Assembly (NCBI GenBank): GCA_951406725.2
Contig: OX597826.1
Location: 22,878,001-22,942,000, forward strand
Direction of reading: 5' to 3'
DNA from: Octopus vulgaris
Taxonomy: Eukaryota
Length of the DNA: 64,000 nucleotides
Shown: one piece after another, positions 28,501 through 40,545 of the stretch
Position numbering within the stretch: position 1 is the first letter of the stretch
Layout of the letters: every line of letters begins with the position of its first letter
Translations under genes and position numbers: made by a program
The notes under the pieces: generated by a model
Told to the model about the DNA's origin: nothing
The model's database searches: none
Seen by the model: the letters and a program-made list of their open reading frames with translations, nothing else

Positions 28501-30545
28501 AACTTTTTGACTGTAAGTATGAGATCATGGAGAACCACACTAACTCTGAACAGTGACAATGAATCCCTAAATGCTGGTGATGTAAAAATTTCGTGTGGCA
28601 TTTTCCAGGGTGACTCACTGTCACCACTCCTCTTTTGTTTATCCTTAATACCTCTCTCAAAGCTGCTCAATGACGCGCAGTACGGGTATAAAATGTTTGA
28701 TAAAAATATAAATCATCTCATTTACATGGATGATTTAAAGCTTTTTGCAAAAAATGACCAACAACTCAAGGGCTTACTAGCGATAGTCAAACAATTCAGT
28801 GACGACATCAGAATGCAATTCGGCCTCGATAAATGTGCAAAGCTACCTTTATCAAAGAAAAAATGACAGAAACATCTAACGTTAACCTTGACCAGCAGAA
28901 TGTCATAAAAGAACTAGACCCAGCGGAGAGCTACAAGTACCTAGGGGTAATTGAAGGGAACGGAATAAGGCATTCAGAGATGAAGAAAAGGATCAGGAGA
29001 GAATGCTATCGAAGAGTGAGAGCAATACTCAAGACAGAGCTGAATGCAAGAAACAGGATCGAAGCGATCAATGCATTAGCCATACCAGTCGTGACTTACA
29101 GTTTCAATATTGTTAACTGGTCAATTACTGAAATATGTCAGCTCGACAGAAAAATAAGGAAACTGTTGATAATGCATAGAATGCACCACCCTAAGGCAGA
29201 TACAGAACGACTCTATCTGCCAAGAAAAGAGGGAGGCCGTGGTCTTTTGCAACTGGCAATAACAATGAAGATTGCTACAATTGGCCTAGACACGTACCTG
29301 AAAAACTCTGAGGACTGGATGTTAAAACTTGTCTCAAAACATGAAAACAAGAAAGCATCATACTCAGTAACAAAACAGGCTAAGGAATATCTAAGTGAAT
29401 TCCGAATACAACCAATTTCGGAATTAGAGATAGATATACAAGAAACAAGCACAGAAAAAGCTAGGCGCATGAAAACCCGTGCCAAAACTGCGGCCTTAGA
29501 TATTCTGAATAATAAATGGCAAGAAAAACCTCTCTATGGCAAATACCCAAAGAGAGCGAATAATGCAGATATCGACAAAGCCCTGACCCATCAATGGCTA
29601 ATGGCCTCTGGCTTAAAATCTGAAACAGAGGGGTTTATCATAGCAGCTTAAGATCAATGCCTACCAACAAGAAACTACCAGGCCAACATATTAAAGAACG
29701 GCAGTAGCCCAACATGTCGTGTATGCCGACAACAAAATGAAACCATTGACCATGTTGTCTCCAAATGCAGTCTTCTAGCGCCTACAGAGTACCTCAGTAG
29801 GCATGATAGAGCTGCACAATATATTCACTGGGTAATTTGCAAAAACCTGGATTTGCCCCATGAAAAAAACTAGTGGGAACACAATCCACCTCCTGTGCTT
29901 GAAAATGACCACATCTCACTCCTCTGGAACTTCACCATTCAAACTGACAGGAAGATAGATGCAAATAGGCCAGACATTATATTGAAAGACTTCAGACAAA
30001 GAACATGCCTCCTCATTGATATGACTGTCCCAATCGATATAAACGTATCTGTCAAGACCTACCAAAAACTGAGCAAATATAAAGATCTTGAAATAGAAAT
30101 CAGCAAAATGTGGAAGCTGAAGACTAAAACAATACCTGTTGTCATAGGTGCCCTGGGAATGATAGCGAAAGGAACTGATTGCTACCTAACTCAGATACCA
30201 GGAAACCCCAAAATGGCAGAAATTCAAAAGATAGTGCTCATGGGAACTGCTCATATCCTACGCAAAATACTCTCTATGTAATCCCAAGGTTTAAAACAAA
30301 CATTTTTGTTTATTTATTTTTGTTTATTTTTTATTTTAATTTTTTAAATTCTTTATCTTTTTATTTGTTTTTTTAAATTTATTTATTTATTTTTTTATTT
30401 TTATGTATTAGACATTCACTAGTACAACACAAAAAAAAAAAAATATATATATGGCACAGAACTTCCAACCTGTTGTCTCTTCAGGTCTCTGGGTGAGACT
30501 TGGAGCCAACTTGTACAGACATAAAGCAAAAGTCAAACATAGAAT
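25547..30545 (+). mobile_element. R4/Dong-type non-LTR retrotransposon, probably full length, inserted in (TAA)n
   Basis: Single long RT+RLE ORF with (TAA)n on both flanks; the 5' boundary is inferred from the inverted pre-insertion copy at 30635-30859. Confidence 0.8.
26476..30281 (+). pseudogene. RT / zinc knuckle / restriction-like endonuclease ORF (about 3 frameshifts and 2 stops)
   Basis: WKSPGKDKI, YRPITCL, WIDYKKAFDS, GIFQGDSLSPLLF, YMDDLKL, YKYLG, CRVC...ETIDHVVSKC, RHD, NRPDI..D, KLSKYKDL. Confidence 0.92.
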
Positions 30546-30567
30546 GATAACAATAATAATAATAATT

Positions 30568-30763
30568 AATTCTTTTTATTGGCCACAAGGGCTGACACAC
30601 ATGATTAGAAAATGAAATAATATAATTTCATTGTTACACTGTTTTTAACACGATTTTTTCACAAACGGACAAAACCCTTTGTAACCTTTCGTCTTGTTTT
30701 GTCCCTTTATGTTTTCTAATCATGTGTGTCAGCCCTTGTGGCCAATAAAAAAAATTTATTATG

Positions 30764-30807
<44 letters not shown>

Positions 30808-33050
30808 CAAATTCAAAATACGATGAACGTAAACAAACAAACGAAGTTTGCTTTAGAAGAACAACGAAAAACTCCCAATAGAACAACGAAAAACTCCCAA
30901 TATGGGGGAGGCGTTACGAAAGGTTCCTGGTGGAAAAAACCCTACAAAAGCCAACGGGAGCCTGGTCAAAAAGCGGGGTAGAGAGCCCCTTTCTCCTTTT
31001 ATAAAACCTTTTTTCAATCACAGGCGAAACCTGAGAATTGGTCCATTTACACTGGCCATTCTTGCACAATTAACCCACCTTTCATAAAACTTACTATCAG
31101 ACAGCACTCTCCTCTCTAACCTCATCTTCCTTTTCAAGTGAAACTTGAAAAAGTTGATGAGGCCTTGACCAAAGAGGAAAGTGTCTGACTTCAGCCCTTT
31201 CAAACGGGTCCACCATACAGCCTCTTTCGCCACAGCCACTAGGCACAGGAAAACGGCATCGCCCTCCTTGTTAAAGGAGGTCGGCGGGGCAATTTTCACT
31301 ATGGATTCAGCTGATAGCCGGATCCGTCCTATACGTGACAGTAGCTGTTCGACATAAACCCATATTTCAGCAATACTCGGGCACTGGACGAGTGCGTGCA
31401 GAACGGTTTTGTCGTCCTGGCAACACCTGGCGCAGTAATGGCTCGAGAGTCAATATGTACAAGAGGGAGGAGAGAGGGCATCCTTGGGGGACCGAACGCG
31501 AGATGTCAAACGGTTCCGAAAGGTGACCGTTCACCCGTATCACCGAGCAGATGTTGCTGTATAAAGCAGCGATCCACCCGCGGAAGACTGGACCGAAGCC
31601 AGCTGCCTTGAACAGCTGCCAGGTACCGATGGTCGACCCTATCGAAGGCTTTACTCTGATCTAAACTGATCAAAGCCCCACCCGCGCCAGCGTCGTTACC
31701 CACCCTCTCTATGATGTAGCGCATGAGATGGAGGTTGTCGTGTATCGACCTGGTCGGCACGGCGCATGTCTGCGTCTTGCCAACCAGCTTGTCCACGACA
31801 AGCGCCAATCTCTTGGCTAGCACCTTGGCCAAAATCTTCAACTCTGCATTGAGCAGAGTGATGGGCCGAAAATTCCCTATAATGTCCCCCTTGTTTGGGT
31901 CCTTTTCTAGCAAAGCCCCCACCCCTCGACAGACAAAAGCAGGAATTCTCCCGTTTTGCTGCCAGTTGCAGTAGACGTTTGCCAACAGGCCGTCAAACAA
32001 GTCTGGCATTGAAATGTAGAGCTCGTAGGGCACACCATCCAAACCCGGCGATCTACCTCTTGTGCAACTCTTCATTGCTTCCTCCACTTCCCAGGCAGAT
32101 ATCGGTCCTTCGCATCACTCTGCCTCGCTGTCCGAGAGTTGCTGTAGGCCGTCCAGGTACACACCGAAGTCTGTATCGTTGTCCGTTCCACCGCTCGTCC
32201 CAAACAGTTGAGCAAAGTGCCGCTGAAACACTGCACACATCTGCTTCGGTTCGGTAACCTCGCGCCCGTTCTGGTCCACCAAAGACCGAATGGTTGCTTT
32301 GTTGCCTCGCTTCGCCTCCGCCACGCGGGCCCATCGAGCGGCTCTTGTCCCCTCCCCGCTTATTTGGTCCATCGTAACTTTTACTTCCTCCGAGTTTTCT
32401 TTTGCAGCGGAGGCGAAATTGCTACGATGGCTTGTTGTGTTGTTGCTGGTGGTGGTGTCGGTGTGGCTGCTGGTCATTTTCTTTCCTTCTTTCTCCGGTA
32501 CTGGAGCACTGGTGGAGGGAAGAGAAGGAAAATCTTCGTTGACGTCAAAGGTGACGCCATCGTTGTCGCTTTTCTTTGCAACGCTCTTTCTTCCGTCCTT
32601 CTCCAGTACTGGAGCACTGGTGGAGGGAAGAGAAGGAAAATCTTCGATGACGTCAAAGGTGACGCCATTGTTGTCACTTTTCTTTGGAACGTTTTGCGTG
32701 CCGACACGTTCCTTCGAAATATTTTCTTTGCCTTTTAAGGCACAAAATGGGCGGTTTGGAGCCGTTAACGAAATTTTTTCGTGTTGTGGAGGTGAAACTT
32801 GAAGAAGAGAACAGCCAGTTCTCTTCGAAGCCATATTTAAAATTGTAGGTGAAAATGTATACAAAATCAAATTTCAAAACGTAATTTTACCCCCAATGGG
32901 GTAAAATTTTGCCGAGCCAACTAGCTCCGCTAGAAGTTAGTTGGCTTGACCACACAAATATCGAAAAATACAAAACCTTTACAGAAATTTCCAATCAAAT
33001 TGGCACAAAACTCACGGAGCTGCTTCACACACGTCCGTCCTCTCGAGAAG
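30568..33050 (-). mobile_element. Internally deleted Tx1/L1-type LINE copy
   Basis: Highly similar to the 33068-38860 ORF2 segments; deletions join at about 31428 and 32362; retains the 5' UTR and a rearranged 3' end. Confidence 0.9.
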
Positions 33051-33343
33051 GAATAATAATAATAATAATCAATTCTTTTTTATTGGCCACAAGGGCTGAC
33101 ACGCATGATTACATAAAGGGACAAGACAGGACGAAAGGTTACAAAGGGTTTTGTCCGTTTGTTAAAAAATCCGTGTAAAAAACTTTATAACAATGATTAT
33201 TAAAACAATGAAAAACTCCCAAAAGGGGAGACGTTTCGAAAGGTTCCTGGTGGAAAAAACCCTACAAAAGCCAACGGGAGCCTGGTCTAAAAAGGGGGTG
33301 TAGAGAGTCCCCTTTTTTCTCCTTTTGTATTACCTTTTTGAAA

Positions 33344-36300
33344 TCACAGGCGAAACCTGAGAACTGGTCCATTTATACAGGCCAGTCTCGCACAATTAAC
33401 CCACCTTTCATAAAACTTGTTATCGGACAGCACTTTCCTCTCTAACCTCATTTTCCTTTTCAAGTGAAACTTGAAAAAGTTGATGAGGCCTTGACCAAAG
33501 AGGAACGTGTCTGTCTTTAGCCCTTTCAAACGAGTCCACCACACCACCTCTTTCGCCACAGCCACTAGGCACAAGAAAACGGCCTCGCCCTCCTTGTTAA
33601 AGGAGGTCGGCGGGACAATCTTCACAATGGACTCGGCCGATAGTCGGATCCGTCCTATACGTGACAGTAGCTGTTCGACATAAACCCATATTTCAGCAAT
33701 ACTCGGGCACTGGACGAGTGCGTGCAGGACGGTTTCGTCGTCCTGGCAACACCTCGGGCAGGCCCGGCTGACGGCACTTCCGTGCCGGTAGAGTTTATCT
33801 CGAACAGGCAGAGCCCCTCGGTAGCACTGCCAAGCGAGAGACCTCTGGAGATTATCCATCGGCCCCGGCCCGAAAGTCCTCCCGAACAGACCGCTCAGTT
33901 CGTCATCTTCAACGCCTAGAGTTTCCTCGAGAACGTCGTCGCATTTTTCCTCCACTAACCCTCTATAGAACGCTAGAGTGGAGCTGTAACCGATCGCATT
34001 GCCCGCCTGGCGGAGGGCGGAGAGAGCTTGACGGCACTCGAGGTGCCAAGCGCCCTTTCTCGGTCTACGTTTGATCCAGGTCTGCAGCTCTGTCAAAGAG
34101 ACGAGCTGCGGAAAATCGCGTCTGACAAAAGACGACCACACCTGTTCACCGTCTAGGAAGCGCTTGAGATGCCGCAGCCTGAGCGCATGTCTGCGCAACA
34201 GCAACCACGGCATGCTAAGGCCTCCGTTCAGCGGTCGTTGACAGCAGATGGATCGCCTGACCAGTGGTACCTGACCCTTCCACAAAAAGTCGAAGAGCAG
34301 GCGTACCAGCTTGGCCAACCAGCGGTCGGGACAAGGGACGACGGTCAAGCGGTAATAGATGACGGATGCGATGTACGCATTCGCCATCTCCGCTCGACCT
34401 TTCAGGGACAGCTTCCTCTCGGCCCATTTCTGGGTGAGACGTGCCACCCAGCTCGTCACCTCTTCCCAGTTTTTATCCACCTGGAGGTCCGGACCGAACC
34501 AGACCCCGAGCAGTTTAACGGGTCCGTCTGTCCAGCGCCCTACGACGCTGTTGGACGGCATGGGCTTGCCTCTCCAGGTGCCCAGTTGCAAGCCCACAGA
34601 CTTTTCCGCGTTAATCTTTGACCCTGTCACCGCTTCGTACTGATTTAGTGTCTCGCCAATCAGGCCAATGTGCCTGTGGCTCGACACCATCACGGTGACG
34701 TCGTCGGCAAAGGCAGACACGCTGTTTCCGCCTCCTAGATCGCGCGGGATACCCCTCAAAGCCTCCAACTTGCGCAGTAATGGCTCGAGAGTCAAAATGT
34801 ACAAGAGGGAGGAGAGAGGGCATCCTTGGTGGACCGAACGCGAGATGTCGAACGGTTCCGAAAGGTGACCGTTCACCCGTATCACCGAGCAGATGTTGCT
34901 GTATAAAGCAGCTATCCACCCGCGGAAGACTGGACGGAAGCCGGCTGCCTTGAGGACAGCTGCCAGGTACCGATGGTCGATCCTATCGAAGGCTTTACAC
35001 TGATCCAAGTTGATCAAAGCCCCACCCGCGCCAGCGTCGTTACCCACCCTCTCTATGATGTAGCGCATGAGATGGAGGTTGTCGTGTATCGACCTGGTCG
35101 GCACGGCGCATGTCTGCGTCTTGCCAACCAGCTTGTCCGCGACAAGCGCCAATCTCTTGGCTAGCACCTTGGCCAAAATCTTCAACTCTGCATTGAGCAG
35201 AGTGATGGGCCGGAAATTCCCTATAACGTCCCCCTTGTTTGGGTCCTTCTCCAGCAAAGCCACCACCCCTCGACAGACAAAAGCAGGAATTCTCCCGTTT
35301 TGCTGCCAGTTGCAGTAGACGTTTGCCAACAGGCCGTCAAACAAGTCTGGCATTGAAATGTAAAGCTCGTAGGGCAGACCATCCGAACCCGGCGATCTAC
35401 CTCTCGTGCAACTCTTCATCGCTTCCTGTACTTCCCAGGCAGATATCGGTCCTTCGCAGCACTCTGCCTCGCTGTCCGAGAGTTGCGGTAGGTCGTCCAG
35501 GTACACACCGAAGTCTGCACCGTTGTCCGTTCCACCGCTCGTCCCAAACAGTTGAGCAAAGTGCCGCTGAAGCACCGTACATATTTGCTTCGGTTGGGTA
35601 ACCTCGCGCCCGTTCTGGTCCACCAAAGACCGAATGGTTGCTTTGTTGCCTCGCTTCGCCTCCGCCACGCGGGCCCATCGAGCGGCTCTAGTCCCCTCCC
35701 CGCTTAGCGAACGTGCCTTAGCTCTGACAACGCAGCCTTCGTGTTTGGTGTCAAAGTGTTGGTCGAGGGCCAACCTTGCCGCCAACACGTCGGTCGCGAT
35801 GCCAGTGTCAAGAGCCTCGTCTAGTTTCTTAACTAAATCCCGCTCTCTCTTCCTACGTTCAATAGCTAGAGTCTTACTGTACCTAATCGACTCTACTCTA
35901 ATTGCTCTCTTGAGGGCAAACCAGTTGTTGTTGATGATTGCCCCCGTGAGCGTCCGCTTAACTAGTAAACTAATCCGGTCTCTGTAGGCTTTGCACGCCG
36001 TTAACGACGCGTTCAGCTTCCAGTAGCCGGGTCCCTGTCTATGTAGCCTATCTAAGTCGACCGTACAGATCACTAATTTGTGGTCCGTATAGTCGACTAG
36101 GTGGAATTGTGGACACCCTATGCTGTCCTTATCCGCTGGCCTACAAAACACTCTATCTAAGTACGATCTAGACGACCCGATGCGATTGGTCCAAGTCCAC
36201 ATTGGCACATTCGGGTTGTCTAGTCGAAACCTGTCGGACAGCTGAAAGCGTCCGAGTAGGTTGGCGAGGCTCTTGCACCCTCCCCCTCTCCTATCAGACG

Positions 36301-36772
36301 CTCCCCTGCCCACCCGATCGAAACTTTCGTCTAAGACAGCGTTCCAATCCCCAACTAGCACTAGAGTGCGTGACGTTCCCAGGAAAACTTCCAGACGTTT
36401 GAAATAATCCGACTGCCCTGCTCCTGTCGGAGCGTAGGCAGCCAGCAGTCTGAAAGCACCGCCGTCACTACCGTCGACGTCGAGGACCACCAACTTACCT
36501 TCCGGATCCAAGAAGACTGTCCTTATTTTCAAGTCCAGGCCCTTCCGAAACAACACCGCAGTACCACCACCGCCCGCTCCCGGCCGACACGGAGATAGAA
36601 ATATCTCGTATCCGCCGAAAAGGGCTGCGAGTTCCTGCGGGTCGGAGAGCCTGGTTTCACTGATGGCTGCTACATCCACATCATGAAACCTCAGGTCGTT
36701 TAACAGGTGACCCTGTTTCCAAGGTGACCTGAGGCCTCTCACATTCAAGCAACCGATTCTAAGATTTGCCAT
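33344..36772 (-). CDS. LINE ORF2p: APE endonuclease, reverse transcriptase and C-terminal Cys-rich domain, intact, 1142 aa
   Basis: CLNVRGL, ISETR, YAP, GDWN, YLDR, TDHK; SPGSDG, FRPITLLN, LDQCKAFD, QGCPLS, FADD; CPRC..DETVLHALVQC. Confidence 0.95.
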   Translation of the reverse strand: MANLRIGCLNVRGLRSPWKQGHLLNDLRFHDVDVAAISETRLSDPQELAALFGGYEIFLSPCRPGAGGGGTAVLFRKGLDLKIRTVFLDPEGKLVVLDVDGSDGGAFRLLAAYAPTGAGQSDYFKRLEVFLGTSRTLVLVGDWNAVLDESFDRVGRGASDRRGGGCKSLANLLGRFQLSDRFRLDNPNVPMWTWTNRIGSSRSYLDRVFCRPADKDSIGCPQFHLVDYTDHKLVICTVDLDRLHRQGPGYWKLNASLTACKAYRDRISLLVKRTLTGAIINNNWFALKRAIRVESIRYSKTLAIERRKRERDLVKKLDEALDTGIATDVLAARLALDQHFDTKHEGCVVRAKARSLSGEGTRAARWARVAEAKRGNKATIRSLVDQNGREVTQPKQICTVLQRHFAQLFGTSGGTDNGADFGVYLDDLPQLSDSEAECCEGPISAWEVQEAMKSCTRGRSPGSDGLPYELYISMPDLFDGLLANVYCNWQQNGRIPAFVCRGVVALLEKDPNKGDVIGNFRPITLLNAELKILAKVLAKRLALVADKLVGKTQTCAVPTRSIHDNLHLMRYIIERVGNDAGAGGALINLDQCKAFDRIDHRYLAAVLKAAGFRPVFRGWIAALYSNICSVIRVNGHLSEPFDISRSVHQGCPLSSLLYILTLEPLLRKLEALRGIPRDLGGGNSVSAFADDVTVMVSSHRHIGLIGETLNQYEAVTGSKINAEKSVGLQLGTWRGKPMPSNSVVGRWTDGPVKLLGVWFGPDLQVDKNWEEVTSWVARLTQKWAERKLSLKGRAEMANAYIASVIYYRLTVVPCPDRWLAKLVRLLFDFLWKGQVPLVRRSICCQRPLNGGLSMPWLLLRRHALRLRHLKRFLDGEQVWSSFVRRDFPQLVSLTELQTWIKRRPRKGAWHLECRQALSALRQAGNAIGYSSTLAFYRGLVEEKCDDVLEETLGVEDDELSGLFGRTFGPGPMDNLQRSLAWQCYRGALPVRDKLYRHGSAVSRACPRCCQDDETVLHALVQCPSIAEIWVYVEQLLSRIGRIRLSAESIVKIVPPTSFNKEGEAVFLCLVAVAKEVVWWTRLKGLKTDTFLFGQGLINFFKFHLKRKMRLERKVLSDNKFYERWVNCARLACINGPVLRFRL

Positions 36773-36775
36773 GTT

Positions 36776-37094
36776 TCAAAAGAAAGGAAAAAAAAAGGAG
36801 AAAAAAAAGGCTCTACTTACTGTTGTTGGTGGTGGGGTGGCTCCCTTGTGCTTTTGCACGGGTGATTCCACAATATTTTTATAAAGTTTCTGAGAGAAAC
36901 TTTTCCCTAGCGATCCCACATCGTTAAGGAAATTTTGTTTGATTTCATCATATGTTTTTGCATTTATTTTTATTGTGTGAATGTGTGCTGGTGGTGTGTT
37001 TTTTGTTGGTATGATGAAATCGGTTATATTTGTACTTGTTTTGTCTTTTAGGTACTCCACTAGTTTTTGGTTCTTTGTGTTTATTGATGTAATT

Positions 37095-37127
<33 letters not shown>

Positions 37128-38640
37128 GCAGTGGCAGTAGTGGTGTCGAAAGTGTTGTTGTTGTTTTTTGTTGTGAGTGTGTGTTGTTGTTGTTATTGTT
37201 GATGTTGGGAAGCACTATTTGTTCGTGCTTCCCCTGTGTGTCTTTTTGTTTTTTCCTCCTTTTCTTTTTTGGAGGCACGGTGTTCCATTCTCCTTTGTTG
37301 GAATCAGAGCTCGCACAATCCGAGTACTCTTCATCCGGCAAAGGAATGGTTGAGGGTCTGCTTCAGCAGCAGGACGAAAGGTTGTTGGTTCCGCCGGTAT
37401 CGGTGGTGCCGCTGCTCCTGTTGCTGTTGATGGTGCTGCTGTCGACTTTCTAGGTACTGGTGTTGGTTTGGTGGTGGTTGTTGTTGTTGGAGGTGGTGTT
37501 GTTCGTCTTGGTGCTGGTGATGGTGTTGGTGGTGTGGCAGCCTTTGGTTTTCGTGTTGTTTCTGTTGTTGTTGTTTCTGTTGTTGTTGTTTCTGTTGTTG
37601 TTGTTGTTGTTGCTGCCTCTTGCTATATGCCTCCATTCTCTTTTTTTGAATGGGGCAGTCCCTCTTTAAGTGGCTTTCGCTGCTGCAGAGGAAACATTTT
37701 GGCTTTCGCCCCTCTACAGCAACGTTTAGCCTGGTGCCGTCCGGCAAACTAACGAAATCTGGGACCTTGCTGATATTTTCTTGCTGAATCTGAGCAAGAA
37801 GCAGCACTCCCATCCCCAACCAGTTTTTCTCCCTCACTCTCCTGACATCCAGAATGGTGGTAGTGTCCTCTATGTCATAGAGGACAGCTGCCACTAGCCA
37901 TGACATATCTAATTCAGGCGGGACGAGGTCAACTTTAATTTTGTCACTCTTCTCCCGAGGTGGGTTGGGACGAGTAACAAACTCTAGGTTTGCAAGGGCG
38001 AAATGGCGTTCGCCCTTGCTTGCTCCTCTGTTGGAAAGCGAACCTCCACGGTTCCGAAACGCTTCCCCTTGGTTACGTAGCTCTTTTGGGCCCAAATGGG
38101 CTTTAGAGCTATCTCTAACTGTTGGGGTGTGGCGTTTGTTATTCTTTTCAGTTTCCTATCGAAAACCCTGTATGTAATTGTTTTCCTGTTGGTGTTGTCA
38201 ATTACATCTTGTGGAGTATTGAGGAAGATGCTATTGCCATCCTTCCTCAATAATTCCTTTGCTTTCTTAATGTCTTGTAAAGTAATCTTTACTTCCTCCG
38301 AAATTTGCTTCGCAGCAGAAGCAAAATCGTTGGAAGTTTTTTCACTAAGATTACTTTTCATGTTTGTGTCAATTGGATGCATATTTTTCTTTTTCTCCCC
38401 CTTCGGTACAACATCACTTGTTGAAGGCAGAGGGGGGAAATCAGGAGTGACGTCGAACGCGACGTCCTGCTTTGCATTCTCTTTTCGAACGGCGCGCGTG
38501 CTTTCCGTTTCGGAAGGGGGATCTCTGTTGCCTTTTACGGCTTGAAATGGGCGGTTCGTAACCTCTGACGAAATTTTTTCTTCTTGTGGAGGGGGTGGTG
38601 TTGCAAGGAGGGAAGAGCCAGCAGCTCTTTTTAAAGCCAT
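36776..38640 (-). pseudogene. LINE ORF1p (RRM-like region, CCHC knuckle, polyQ), frameshifted
   Basis: ORF pieces 38661-37984, 38095-37331, 37341-37081 and 37060-36776; KGKRFGTVEVRF, CFLCSSESHLKRDC; last stop lies 3 nt before the ORF2 ATG. Confidence 0.8.
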
Positions 38641-39934
38641 TTTGGAAATGTGTGTGTGCAAAATAATCTGAATGTCAATAATATAAACAGTAATTTCACC
38701 CCGAAAGGGGTAAAATTTTGCCTAGCCAACCAGCTCTGTAAAGAGTTAGTCGGCTTGGCTACAAAAATATTCAAAAATATTAACACTTATCAACAAATTT
38801 CCAATGAAATTGTCACAAAACTCACGGAGCCTCCGGAGACACGTCCATCAGCGTTGGAAGAAATAATAATAATAATAATAATTTCTTATTTAGATAGAAG
38901 GCCAACTATTTTGAGGGGTAGAGGTTAGTCGACTCGATCAATCCCAGAACTTGACTGGTACTTATTTGGATAGACATGGCCGTATATAAATGTGTGTACG
39001 TATGTATGTATGTATGTATGTATGTATGTATGTTCATTTATTTAGTTTATTTTGTCACCAATTTATCAATCAGCTTCATGTGACTTTTTGGAACAATCAT
39101 GGCGGCCAAGACCTGTAGCCAAAAATATTAATTTGCTAAATTTTAAAATAGTTTTATCATGGAAATTTTCACCTTCTTTTTTTCTTTTTTCATTTGTTGA
39201 TACCTGCGCGGCCTTTTTTTTTTCTATCTTTCACGCGTACAACATTTTGGGGCCCAAGCTCTATACAGAAAAGGCAGTAACACTCTGAGAAACTCCTCAC
39301 TTTTCTACATAATGTACGTTAGACACAACCGCCTGCTCTCCAGCTTCAAACCACCACCACCACTCGGACACGCATAGAAGTACATACATATTTTATATTG
39401 CATTTAGTGGAACAATAGCGTCGTTGGTTACAGTTTTCCAAAAGATCAGCTTAGAAGCAACAACAACACTACTCTCTTCCCATACAGAAAAATAACATAA
39501 TTAGAAAAAAACAAAAAAACTAATTGTTTCACTTCTAAAGAAAAATGGGAAGATTAGTCATTTGCGTAAAATTACTTACTGAATGTACAAATGGCTTAAT
39601 TCGATCAATGCACAATTTATTTAAATAACAGATGGTGAAGAAACGAAGCACTAGACTATGTTGACTATAGCTATGGAAGAAATAACGAGGATTCTTATTT
39701 AGTATTCCAACAGGTTAAATCACTGAACAAACGAATGAAACAGGCGTTAGTCAAACAAAGCTAACGATGGAAACAGAAGTCTCTATAGTCTGACTTAATC
39801 CTAAACAACCTCAGCATTCATGAAAGAAATGAACGTTAGGTCACGTGCATCTTTTGTCGTCTGCTAATTAATGCTTCTATGGAACATGTTAAAGTTTGAC
39901 AAAACTAATTTCTGTGCAATACAATTTGCGGTAG

Positions 39935-40245
39935 TGGAGGTGCAATGACCTATTGGTTAGGGCAGCGGACTCGCGGTGGGAGGATCGCGGTTTCGATTCC
40001 CAGACCGGGCGTTGTATGTATTTATTGAGCGAAAAACACCTAAAGCTCCACGAGGCTCCGGCAGAGGGTGGTGGCGACCCTGTTGTACTCTTTCGCCCCA
40101 ACTTTCTCTCACTCTTTCTTCCTGTTTCTTGGGTAACGCTGCGATGGACTGTCGTCCCGTCCAGCTGGGGTGGGTGGGGGAAGTACATACACCACAGAAA
40201 CCGGAAAACCGGGCCTATGAGCCTGGCTAGGTTTGAAAAGGGCGA
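39935..40245 (+). mobile_element. tRNA-derived SINE (family A variant)
   Basis: tggaggtgcaatgacctattggttagggcagcggactcg...ggtttcgattccc head, shared with 63779-64000. Confidence 0.8.
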
Positions 40246-40545
40246 AAAAAAAAGCAATTTGCGGTAATGTAGCCAAGGTCATTATTGCAATGAAGTAGCT
40301 TCGATTCTTGTTAGCAACTGTTTTACTTCAGTTCTACGACACCGCTAATTCTTTCGAATTGTGGTAGCAACAAGGCACAGTTACGGCTTTAAGGTTAAGA
40401 AGTTCGTTTCTCAACCACGTAGTCCCTGTTTCGATTCCAACGCGTGATACACTGGAAAGATGTTTTCTATTGTACCTTCGCATTGGCCTATGACTTTTAA
40501 CTGAAATTTTCTCAACGGAAACCGTACAGAAGCCAGTCCCAGCAT

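Larger units (their letters stand above)
33068..38860 (-). mobile_element. Full-length Tx1/L1-clade LINE inserted in (TAA)n
   Basis: 5' UTR, ORF1, ORF2, and a 3' end ...cccttgtggccAATAAAaaag, with (TAA)n at both ends. Confidence 0.93.

Noticed and set aside
39935-40010. tRNA-like sequence (also at about 63779)
   Set aside because: It is a SINE head continuing into a SINE body, not a tRNA gene.
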